A stretch of 39,007 bases of DNA from a virus: positions 1 through 39,007 of the IMG/VR virus record IMGVR_UViG_3300027852_000026; one strand, 5' to 3'. The notes under the pieces were generated by a model that was not told the DNA's origin, ran no database searches, and worked only from the letters and a program-made list of their open reading frames with translations. A program made the translations under genes and the position numbers. This document shows, piece after piece, positions 17,744 through 24,750 of the stretch. The stretch's first letter is position 1. The number at the start of each line of letters is the position of its first letter.

Positions 17744-18085
17744 ATGAAAAACATACTAGCGCGCACTAGCGACCATGGGTTTTATTTGTCGTTTACTGTC
17801 GATGTGGATTTAACCACGATGAGCGGCGTGCGCCTGGCCGTTGCGCGGCCGAGTAACACTAATGTGCTACGTGATTTAGCTACGGCTAGCTGGAACACTC
17901 TCACCGCTGGCGATGTGTTGAATGTGGCAATTGACCCTGCTGATTTTGACATTAAAGGTAATTATGTTTTTCAGGTGTTTGCCCGGCGAGTGGCGGGGCA
18001 AACTGAAGAAGTCGCCTATTCAAGTCAGCCCTTTAAAATGAATGTCGCCGCGCCAATTATCGCCGACCCCTGGCAAGCAATTTAA
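17744..18085 (+). CDS. hypothetical protein
   Basis: 113 aa. AAGGG lies 5-6 nt upstream of the ATG, and the stop overlaps the next ATG. Confidence 0.6.
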   Translation: MKNILARTSDHGFYLSFTVDVDLTTMSGVRLAVARPSNTNVLRDLATASWNTLTAGDVLNVAIDPADFDIKGNYVFQVFARRVAGQTEEVAYSSQPFKMNVAAPIIADPWQAI

Positions 18086-18276
18086 TGGCCTTTAAAAGCG
18101 CACCCTGTTTTATTTGCCACAACATCTTCGATTTTAATACCGACAACGGCGAGCCGGCGCACCCGGTGTGCCCGAGCTGCAGCAATAATATTCGCCCCCA
18201 GCTCGCCAAAAAACAAAACCTTATTGATAAAGCCCTGACTGCAACAACAGCGACGGAGACCGCCCCCAATGACTGA
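18085..18276 (+). CDS. small zinc-ribbon protein
   Basis: 63 aa with CFIC...(17 residues)...CPSC, i.e. two CxxC pairs. Confidence 0.6.
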   Translation: MAFKSAPCFICHNIFDFNTDNGEPAHPVCPSCSNNIRPQLAKKQNLIDKALTATTATETAPND

Positions 18277-18490
18277 TTTTACCGGCAAATATAAAACTGT
18301 GAGCGAGGCGCCCGTGGGTTGGCGCACAGTGCGGGGCGTGCCCCTGCAGCTTTACCAGTTAAATGCAATTGTTGAGCTGGCCGAGAAAAGCCCTGATTTG
18401 TTCCCGGTTGCACTGGGTACAATACGGGCCGAGTTTGAACGCACTCACGAGATTAAAAATGGCCAATGGGCACCGAAGGAGGTTCACTGA
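18269..18490 (+). CDS. hypothetical protein
   Basis: 73 aa, overlapping both neighbours. Confidence 0.55.
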   Translation: MTDFTGKYKTVSEAPVGWRTVRGVPLQLYQLNAIVELAEKSPDLFPVALGTIRAEFERTHEIKNGQWAPKEVH

Positions 18491-19407
18491 TGTCGCAAAT
18501 TACATTAAATGGCGCGGGGGCAAGCGCTGCTGACCCTATTTTAAAAAGCCTGTTGCTCGACTGGGTGTTTTTCAGCACGTCAATGGATGTGGCCGTTGTT
18601 AACGATGCTTTCATCGACACCGCGACCGGGTTCCCTGGCACCAATACTATTAAATCAAACCTCAGCCCGGCGGCGACGGTTATTACCGGCGGCTCGGCAG
18701 GTGGCTATAACGACACCAGCAAAAACTGGACGCTAAGCAGCACCACAGGCCTGACGGCTGGCGACTATATTTATTTGTCGCACGCGCTGATCACCGACGG
18801 TATTTACAAAATCGCTAGCGTGGTCGATGGTACTAACGTTACTATTGCCGGCAACCCTTTAAATGGGCAGGGCAACCAGAGTAATGTCGCGTATCAAGTA
18901 GCATGGGCATGGCAGGGCGGTGCGGGCTCTGTCGGCAGCGGTAGTGATGCCAGTGGCGTGAATAACTTTTTCAAAGCCGACACCGAAGACGGTGGCGCGG
19001 CTGGCACCGAGCACGAAGACAGTAGTTATGTGCGCGATGCCCCCGCAGGCTCGGGCTACATCACCCTGCAGGGTGGCAACTACACCGGCCAAACCGTTGG
19101 CGTGTTCGCCCTTAGCCTGGCAATCCTCAGCGGCTGGACAAACAGCGGCGGCGTAACTCACTTGGAGCTCGCCAATCACAGCGTGCAGAGCGTGAATAAC
19201 TTTACCTGGACCACCGGCGGTGGCACAGGTGAGAAGACCATTGGCGATGCTGAGGGTGGTCTGCAGGCCGCCGCTGGCGATGGCATTAAGTACGGGCGCT
19301 TGTTGCTGAAAGGCGTTTCAGGCAGCGCAACCCCCGTGGGTGTTGATTTCAGTATCACCATCGACACTGCAGGGCCTGTTATGTCGAGTGTGTTGCTGGC
19401 GGCTTAA
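18490..19407 (+). CDS. Gly/Thr/Ser-rich fibre-like protein, last gene of the late operon
   Basis: The ATG at 18490 is preceded by a perfect AAGGAGG 7 nt upstream and overlaps the upstream TGA. It is preferred over the track start at 18466. 305 aa. Confidence 0.65.
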   Translation: MSQITLNGAGASAADPILKSLLLDWVFFSTSMDVAVVNDAFIDTATGFPGTNTIKSNLSPAATVITGGSAGGYNDTSKNWTLSSTTGLTAGDYIYLSHALITDGIYKIASVVDGTNVTIAGNPLNGQGNQSNVAYQVAWAWQGGAGSVGSGSDASGVNNFFKADTEDGGAAGTEHEDSSYVRDAPAGSGYITLQGGNYTGQTVGVFALSLAILSGWTNSGGVTHLELANHSVQSVNNFTWTTGGGTGEKTIGDAEGGLQAAAGDGIKYGRLLLKGVSGSATPVGVDFSITIDTAGPVMSSVLLAA

Positions 19408-19415
19408 TTGTGGTG

Positions 19416-20372
19416 CTACAGCTTGTCAGCCAGCTGTTCGGCTGTTTTGTTGTAGTACACCATTAAAATTTTCAGGTCTTTAATGCCGACCATGCGGGCC
19501 AGTTCAAGCACGTCGAGCTTTTCAGCCAGACGTGTGATGGCCTCGTGTCGGGAGTCGTGAAAATGCAGGTCGTTGATGCCTGCGCGGTCGCGGATTTTGC
19601 GAAACAAGCTGCTGATTTGCTCGCTGTTTAAATCGAGTAGCTTGTCGCCCAGTGGTTCGAGCAGTTCCAGCGCTTTGGGTGACAGCGGCACATCGCGCCG
19701 GGTGCCATTTTTTGTCATCGGTAAGTGGGCAACGCGCCCGGTAATGCTGGCGCGTGTTAGCCCTGCCAGCTCTCCTGCGCGCATGCCCGTTTCAATGGCT
19801 AGAATAAAGGCCAAAAACGTGCGCGCTGTTTTGGTCTCGGGCGTGTGGTCGTAACCCGAGCAATGGCGCAGTAGTTCTATTTCGTCATCGCGCACCCGTC
19901 GGTCACGGGCAGCTGGCGGCGGGGGTTTTTTCACCCCTTTCAATGGGTTGGTATGCATCCAGCCCCACTCGTTGATAGCCACGTTAATCGCATGGCTGAT
20001 CACATTCCAGTCACGGCGCACCGACGCCGCTGACACCTCGCGCAAACGCCTGTCGCGCCAGCCCGCCATATCGGCGGCACTCAATTCGCGTAAAGGCGTA
20101 GCTGCTACAGGCTCCCGCCCAATGCGAGCCAGGCGAATCACCTCCTGGCGCCAGCCTTTCTTGTGCGCCGCCACCTCGTCGCTATAGCGCGCCAATAACT
20201 CCCCTAGCGACTTGTTCGCCACCTCACCCAGCTTGTGGTTATCGATATCGGCTTCAAGCGCAGTGGCCCAACGCTGCGCCGCCGTTTTCGTCGCAAACGT
20301 CTTCGATTTGCGCAAACTCCCCCGCCGAACCTCAGCCCGCCAGCGCCCCTCGCGCTTTCTAATAGTCGCCAT
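19416..20372 (-). CDS. int: tyrosine recombinase / phage integrase
   Basis: Contains ETGMRAGEL (Arg), HFHDSRHEAITRL (HxxR) and MVYYNKT (Tyr), and the N-terminus MATIRKREGRWRAEVRRG is typical of these enzymes. The start is placed at the ATG at 20372. The track start at 20399 lies inside the repeat array. Confidence 0.9.
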   Translation of the reverse strand: MATIRKREGRWRAEVRRGSLRKSKTFATKTAAQRWATALEADIDNHKLGEVANKSLGELLARYSDEVAAHKKGWRQEVIRLARIGREPVAATPLRELSAADMAGWRDRRLREVSAASVRRDWNVISHAINVAINEWGWMHTNPLKGVKKPPPPAARDRRVRDDEIELLRHCSGYDHTPETKTARTFLAFILAIETGMRAGELAGLTRASITGRVAHLPMTKNGTRRDVPLSPKALELLEPLGDKLLDLNSEQISSLFRKIRDRAGINDLHFHDSRHEAITRLAEKLDVLELARMVGIKDLKILMVYYNKTAEQLADKL

Positions 20373-20390
20373 CTTGTTCCGCCCTGCGCC

Positions 20391-20433
20391 GTGGCGCACT
20401 TGTGGCGCACCACATGGCGCGCTGATGGCGCAC
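20391..20433. repeat. four helically phased direct repeats (G/A)TGGCGC(A/G)C just upstream of int
   Basis: GTGGCGCAC at 20391-20399 and 20402-20410, ATGGCGCGC at 20414-20422, and ATGGCGCAC at 20425-20433. Spacing is 11, 12 and 11 bp. Confidence 0.85.
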
Positions 20434-20608
20434 AGAGTAGCAGGTAAACGGGTTTATTTAGTAGCGTTTAGTATTTCAAGGGGGCCAAAACAGCCCATAA
20501 CTGACTGTTTTTATTGTATTTAGGGGCGTTTGGTGCGGTTTGGTGAAATAGTATGTGGTGCCCCGGAGAGGCGGCGAGTAGTCTTTAAAAAACAATAGCT
20601 TACAGGAT

Positions 20609-20911
20609 TTAGGCGCTTTTTCGGCGGCGCGGGTTTGCTTGTTTTTCGGATTCAAAGACGTTTGAGTTGACCCATTCTACAACATCGGCAGCGCGCCAGA
20701 CAGGGCGCCCGACGCCTTTGTCAGAGGGTAGGCGGCCGGGTGATGGGAAGTTCGGCAGGGTGGCGTAGTAGTTATTGAACCGTGACCTGCTAATGTTGAG
20801 GTAGTCGGCAATTTTCCCGGCGTCCCATAGGTCTATTGCGAGGGGGAACCGGGATGTGCCCAGCTTGGCAATGGCGTCGGTGAGTGCTTGAATTTCCGGT
20901 GTGTTGCTCAT
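20609..20911 (-). CDS. excisionase / AlpA-family DNA-binding protein
   Basis: 100 aa. IADYLNISRSRFNNYYATLPNFPSPGRLP....GRPVWRAADVVEWV matches the helix-turn-helix plus W..W pattern of Xis/AlpA proteins. Confidence 0.65.
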   Translation of the reverse strand: MSNTPEIQALTDAIAKLGTSRFPLAIDLWDAGKIADYLNISRSRFNNYYATLPNFPSPGRLPSDKGVGRPVWRAADVVEWVNSNVFESEKQANPRRRKSA

Positions 20912-20932
20912 GGGGTGCCTTTTTGATTGCAG

Positions 20933-21208
20933 CTAGCTTGCCTGTGGTGTTAAGTGGGTTAGGCCGAGGGTGTTGATAAATCTGTCGTCGTCGGCTTTGG
21001 TGTTGATGATTTGTTTTTGCCAGCCGATGTCGGCGTTGCTGTAGAGCAGCTCCCATTCGTCGAGTAGTGCGGTGAGGTCTGGGGCGTGGGTTGGGCAGGG
21101 TTCGGTTTTTGTCTGGCAGTTTTCGGCGGCGCAGGTTTCGTCGATAATGTCTTGTAGTGCCTGGGCCATTTTTGTGCCGATGGTGATGTAGTCGTTTTCG
21201 GTGTTCAT
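20933..21208 (-). CDS. hypothetical acidic protein
   Basis: 91 aa. Its start overlaps the upstream stop by 4 bp. Confidence 0.6.
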   Translation of the reverse strand: MNTENDYITIGTKMAQALQDIIDETCAAENCQTKTEPCPTHAPDLTALLDEWELLYSNADIGWQKQIINTKADDDRFINTLGLTHLTPQAS

Positions 21209-21789
21209 GCTGTGCCCTTTGCTTCGTGCGTTTTTGCAATCAGTTTGCCGGTGGCTTTAATGGTTTGCTGTAGCTCGGCGGGGTACTGGTTTGGCTGCAG
21301 GCGGTTTATTTGCAGTAGTGTGTTGCGGTTGATTAGTTCGAGGTTGTGGAGCTCTGGATTAGCTTTGTTATCGTCAATGAAGCTAATGCAGTGGCCTGCA
21401 GGTATGGGGCCGTGGGCAGCGCGCCAGTTGACGATGTGCAGGTGCTGCCATGTGGTGCTGTCTGTTTTTACTTCTACATAGCCGTCTTTGCTGATGCGTT
21501 GTGCGCCAATGGGCCGCAAATTGTGGGGCGTTTGGCCTTTTTTAAAGCTGGTTTTGTTGGGGCCGTTAAGCCCTGCGTTGGGTGCTGGTATGTGGCCTTT
21601 TTCAAATTGTCCGTTGCGCCCGGTTAGCCAGCCTTTGCGTTTGCACAGTGCTGTTAGTGCGCCTTGTTTGATATCGGGCCTGGTGAATTTCGCCACAAAG
21701 CGCTGGTGCAATGTTTTGCGGGGCAGTGTGCGGTGCTTTTGAATAAAAGCGAGTTCTGCCGGGCTGTAGTTGATTGCGTGGCCTTTCAT
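21205..21789 (-). CDS. HNH endonuclease (HNH_3 type)
   Basis: 194 aa. GYVEVKT....HLHIVNWRAAHGPIPAGHCISFIDDNKANPELHNLELI is the classic HNH_3 core. Confidence 0.8.
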   Translation of the reverse strand: MKGHAINYSPAELAFIQKHRTLPRKTLHQRFVAKFTRPDIKQGALTALCKRKGWLTGRNGQFEKGHIPAPNAGLNGPNKTSFKKGQTPHNLRPIGAQRISKDGYVEVKTDSTTWQHLHIVNWRAAHGPIPAGHCISFIDDNKANPELHNLELINRNTLLQINRLQPNQYPAELQQTIKATGKLIAKTHEAKGTA

Positions 21790-22010
21790 GTTAATTGCCT
21801 GGGTAGGTCGGTTGGTATAACGGTGTCGCCGATGCGTGTTTTTGCGTCGAGCAGTAGGCGGGCGTTGCTGATAATTTCTTTCGATACGCCGGTGATGGCT
21901 TTGGCTCGGTCGATTTCGGTGTTGAGTTTTTCGGCATCGATATTTTCTTCACCAAGGCGTTCTATTTGCGCAAACAGGTGGTTATTGAGGTCTGACAGCG
22001 TATTTTTCAT
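21786..22010 (-). CDS. hypothetical protein
   Basis: The start is set at the ATG at 22010, which forms an ATGA overlap with the upstream stop. 74 aa. The track start at 22061 would overlap the upstream gene by 55 nt. Confidence 0.55.
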   Translation of the reverse strand: MKNTLSDLNNHLFAQIERLGEENIDAEKLNTEIDRAKAITGVSKEIISNARLLLDAKTRIGDTVIPTDLPRQLT

Positions 22011-22213
22011 GCGCTGGTTTGTTCTTTTCTTAATGCTGCCCTGCCGATAGCCCGCAACCATGTGCGCGATGGTGTGGCCGGTGGTGTTTGCTGCACAAGT
22101 GTGGCGTAGCGTTGGCCGGGGTTGATGGTGGCAATGCTGTTGGTGGCGGTTTGCAGGTGGCCGAGCAGTACGGGGTTGGCTGCGGTGGCGGGGTGGATTG
22201 TGATGTTGCTCAT
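22007..22213 (-). CDS. hypothetical protein
   Basis: 68 aa, with ATGA overlaps at both ends. Confidence 0.5.
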   Translation of the reverse strand: MSNITIHPATAANPVLLGHLQTATNSIATINPGQRYATLVQQTPPATPSRTWLRAIGRAALRKEQTSA

Positions 22214-22482
22214 TGGTGTTGCTCCGTAAATTGTTGGTGGTCGCGTTCGGCGCGTTCGGCGCGCTTTGTGATGATTTCTTGTGACTGTTCTTTGTTCATT
22301 AGCTGGCTGTCGGGTAAAACACTGAGTTGTAATGTTGGTTCGAGAGATTGGAAATAACGGTCGCAGCCGTCGGTGTTTGGTAGGGCGACTATTGCCGTTG
22401 CGTTCGCCAGTATTCGCATTAATTCATTGGCGTCTTCTGGCTCGACTGTGAATTGCTGAAAGCCAATGGTGGCAATAATCAT
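22210..22482 (-). CDS. hypothetical protein
   Basis: 90 aa, with a 4-bp overlap onto the upstream gene. Confidence 0.6.
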   Translation of the reverse strand: MIIATIGFQQFTVEPEDANELMRILANATAIVALPNTDGCDRYFQSLEPTLQLSVLPDSQLMNKEQSQEIITKRAERAERDHQQFTEQHQ

Positions 22483-22907
22483 GCTATTTGCTCCGGGTTG
22501 TTAGGCCCGTGGGGCCAGAAGAGGTCGCCGGTGTCGGGGTCGATGGTGAATAGGTCGCTGTCGGTTTTGCTGCGCCCGGTGCGGCGGGTTTTACCCCCGG
22601 CCCCCCGGCGTGCGATGGCGGTGTTTTGGTCGACTATGCTGTCGGCAATGGGTAGCCAAATACAGAGGCCCAGAAACAGGCAGGCGACGTATTTGATGTG
22701 GCCTTGTGCCCATAGCAGGCTGACGGCGTGGGGTGTGGTTTCGGCATTGAGTTTGTTTTTGGCGTGGTCTACGTGGCGGTAAGTGACTTTGCGCGATATG
22801 CGCAGGCAGCGCGCCACGTCTTTAATGAGTTTGCCTTCAGCGACTAGCTGAAAGACGTCTTCTTCGCGTGGGGTGAATAGGCCGTGGGTGTTTAGTTGAA
22901 TGTTCAT
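22479..22907 (-). CDS. LuxR/GerE-type HTH protein with a C-terminal transmembrane helix; first gene of the early-left operon
   Basis: FTPREEDVFQLVAEGKLIKDVARCLRISRKVTYRHVDHAKNKL matches the GerE HTH, followed by the hydrophobic YVACLFLGLCIWLPIADSIV. The start is set at the ATG at 22907. An in-frame alternative exists at 22925. Confidence 0.7.
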   Translation of the reverse strand: MNIQLNTHGLFTPREEDVFQLVAEGKLIKDVARCLRISRKVTYRHVDHAKNKLNAETTPHAVSLLWAQGHIKYVACLFLGLCIWLPIADSIVDQNTAIARRGAGGKTRRTGRSKTDSDLFTIDPDTGDLFWPHGPNNPEQIA

Positions 22908-22913
22908 GGGGTA

Positions 22914-22956
22914 AAAATAATACACATATATTATATAGTCAACTATTAGCGTAGTT
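22914..22956 (-). promoter_or_regulatory. candidate early-left promoter with operator (PL/OL analogue)
   Basis: On the minus strand: TTGACT (22942-22937), a 17-nt spacer, then TATTTT (22919-22914). The ATG at 22907 lies 7 nt past the -10 and has no SD. The inverted repeat AACTA-N6-TAGTT at 22941-22956 resembles the OR palindrome core ACTA(C/T)TAGCG. Confidence 0.45.
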
Positions 22957-23011
22957 ATTTTTCTATATTTATTTGTACCATGATTGGTTTTTATCTTTAT
23001 TGGGGTGTTTT

Positions 23012-23290
23012 GTGCGTTTTTTGCCGATAATATTTTTGTGTGTCGTTTTTAGCGCTAGAGCTGGGGGCGACGTGAAAATCAAGCGATTCTTTCAGTCGTC
23101 TGGTGGTTATATGAAGGTTTTGCTGGAGGTCGACAGGTCGCTAAAAGTTAAGTGCGCTGTTTATGATAAAAATGATGAGCCGTTGCGCGTTGATACGCAA
23201 TATGTCAGCCCACCAGTCGATGAGGTTTTGATTCGAACGGGAGATAGCACTGCGTTGTCGGCCAGTGTTAAATACTGGGTTATGGATTGA
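23012..23290 (+). CDS. small secreted protein (signal peptide MRFLPIIFLCVVFSARA)
   Basis: GTG at 23012 follows GGGG 5 nt upstream. 92 aa and AT-rich. The track TTG start at 22973 is also possible. Confidence 0.55.
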   Translation: MRFLPIIFLCVVFSARAGGDVKIKRFFQSSGGYMKVLLEVDRSLKVKCAVYDKNDEPLRVDTQYVSPPVDEVLIRTGDSTALSASVKYWVMD

Positions 23291-23312
23291 TTTTATAAAG
23301 GAACGGAACGCG

Positions 23313-23633
23313 CTATTTGTGATGCCACCAAATACGAAAGCGATTAACAACGTACCAAATCAGGCCTGCGGTAGTGAATAACGCAGGCATGGCGGATGGC
23401 TCACTTTGTGGGTTGCTTGCCAGGACGAATACCCAGGTAAGGCCAATAATGATTACCGATACAGAGATTAGTGTGTGAAGCTTGAACTTTTTGCTTGTCT
23501 CCTGAATGGTCTTAACTTGGGTGCCTGCCGCAACAGTCTCACGGGCTTCCGCTATTGGGGCGCCACACTTCGGGCAAGCCTCAGCCTTATCTGAAGCCTG
23601 GTGATTACATTCACTGCAATTTATTAATGCCAT
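23313..23633 (-). CDS. zinc-ribbon membrane protein (N-terminal CxxC...CxxC, two TM helices)
   Basis: 106 aa with CSECNHQASDKAEACPKCG, then the hydrophobic stretches LISVSVIIIGLTWVFVL and ALFTTAGLIWYVV. A strong SD (AGGAGA) lies 6 nt upstream of the ATG. Confidence 0.75.
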   Translation of the reverse strand: MALINCSECNHQASDKAEACPKCGAPIAEARETVAAGTQVKTIQETSKKFKLHTLISVSVIIIGLTWVFVLASNPQSEPSAMPALFTTAGLIWYVVNRFRIWWHHK

Positions 23634-23668
23634 CTATTCTCTCCTTTTATGGTTATTATTCTGTCATT

Positions 23669-23696
23669 AAAAAGCCCTGCTATTGCGGGGCTTTTT
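23669..23696. terminator. bidirectional rho-independent terminator
   Basis: Stem GCCCTG (23674-23679) / CGGGGC (23686-23691), loop CTATTG, flanked by AAAAA (23669-23673) and TTTTT (23692-23696). Confidence 0.75.
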
Positions 23697-23771
23697 GGTG
23701 TTTGGGTGGTAGTTTTGTGGGTGGCTGCCCGGTATGAGGGTTGATTGTTGTACGGTATTTTAGGGTGACTG

Positions 23772-24326
23772 CTACTCGTCAATGAAGTCGGGGTAGTAGG
23801 TGCTGGCTTTGTATTCGCAATGCGGATTAGTTTTATAAACTAGCTGTTCAAGGAAAATAGAGACGAAGTGAAACAGCGCAGATGGCTCTATGTTGTCCTG
23901 GCTAAAGGCTCTTATTGTGTCGATGTAAGAGTGGTCTGACAGGTAGATAGGTTTGTCGATAGTGACCTGGGTGCCGTTGTTGCGAAGCAGTGTTGAGTTC
24001 TCGAGAATGCAGATGGCGATGTCAAAGGCGATAACTGCGTTTGGGTTGTGTTCTGGGCCAGCTAGCTGCGTGCCATCTTTAAGCAGGGCGCTTTTAATGG
24101 GTTGCTTGGCTAAAAACCAGACAATAAAGTTGGCCGCTTTTTTGAATGTGCTGGCCTTGGCTGCGCCGCCCTCGTAGGGGAAGTTGTTGGTGTAGTTTGA
24201 TATGGTCTCGAACAGTGCGTCGCTGTCTACAGATATGATGGCGTCGGGGTCTACTGCTTTACCGAAAGCGCTGATGTGCGTTAATAGATTATTGTAGTCG
24301 TCAAAGGGTTTCTCGTTGTAGATCAT
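23772..24326 (-). CDS. hypothetical protein with no recognisable motif; moron next to the repressor
   Basis: 184 aa from the ATG at 24326 (the track uses TTG at 24335). It is AT-rich relative to the genome and bracketed by two terminator hairpins. Confidence 0.7.
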   Translation of the reverse strand: MIYNEKPFDDYNNLLTHISAFGKAVDPDAIISVDSDALFETISNYTNNFPYEGGAAKASTFKKAANFIVWFLAKQPIKSALLKDGTQLAGPEHNPNAVIAFDIAICILENSTLLRNNGTQVTIDKPIYLSDHSYIDTIRAFSQDNIEPSALFHFVSIFLEQLVYKTNPHCEYKASTYYPDFIDE

Positions 24327-24340
24327 TTTTTTCAATCCAT

Positions 24341-24367
24341 AAAAAACCCCCGCGTAGAAGGCGAGGG
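24341..24367 (-). terminator. intrinsic terminator/attenuator between the 69-aa and 184-aa moron genes
   Basis: Minus-strand RNA CCCUCGC-cuucuac-GCGGGGG (one bulge) followed by U6. It ends 14 nt before the ATG at 24326. Confidence 0.6.
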
Positions 24368-24383
24368 CTGGTTGCGGTACTGC

Positions 24384-24593
24384 TTAAGAGGTGGCTGTTA
24401 GTGATGCCTTTGCCAGGCGTGAGGCGCGCATTGCGATCTCGTCGGTGGTTCTGGTTTTTATTTGACCGGTGGCGTTGGTTGTGCCTAGTGATCTGGCTGG
24501 TACTTTTGCCTTTATGGCTTTTCCGTAATCGTCTGTTTTGACGTTGGCCTCAATAAGATTGTCAAAAACAACCTCTCTGTTGTCGGCGTTCAC
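24384..24593 (-). CDS. small hypothetical protein (69 aa)
   Basis: GTG start with a strong SD (AGGAGA) 6 nt upstream. It has its own promoter upstream. Confidence 0.7.
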   Translation of the reverse strand: MNADNREVVFDNLIEANVKTDDYGKAIKAKVPARSLGTTNATGQIKTRTTDEIAMRASRLAKASLTATS

Positions 24594-24660
24594 GATATCT
24601 CTCCTTTTTTCTGCAGTTGTCCCGCTTTGTGTTTTAAGTGTTGCCCAAAATTGGGCGCGG

Positions 24661-24689
24661 ATTCTATTGAGTTAGTTTGGTTGTGTCAA
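24661..24689 (-). promoter_or_regulatory. sigma70-type promoter for the moron cassette
   Basis: On the minus strand: TTGACA (24689-24684), a 17-nt spacer, then TAGAAT (24666-24661). The near-palindrome GCCCAAAATTGGGC (24643-24656) sits at the predicted transcript start. Confidence 0.65.
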
Positions 24690-24750
24690 GGTGTAAGCAT
24701 GCTCTTGCGTAACTATAGCATAGTTAATGGGGCGGTAAAGTGACGCTGGG

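Noticed and set aside
20556-20571. TGGTGCCCCGGAGAGG, whose reverse complement ends ...GGGGCACCA like a tRNA 3' acceptor end. This could indicate a tRNA-derived attP core.
   Set aside because: The adjacent sequence has no T-arm (no GTTCRANNC-like loop or complementary stem). The resemblance is limited to about 9 nt and cannot be verified without the host attB.
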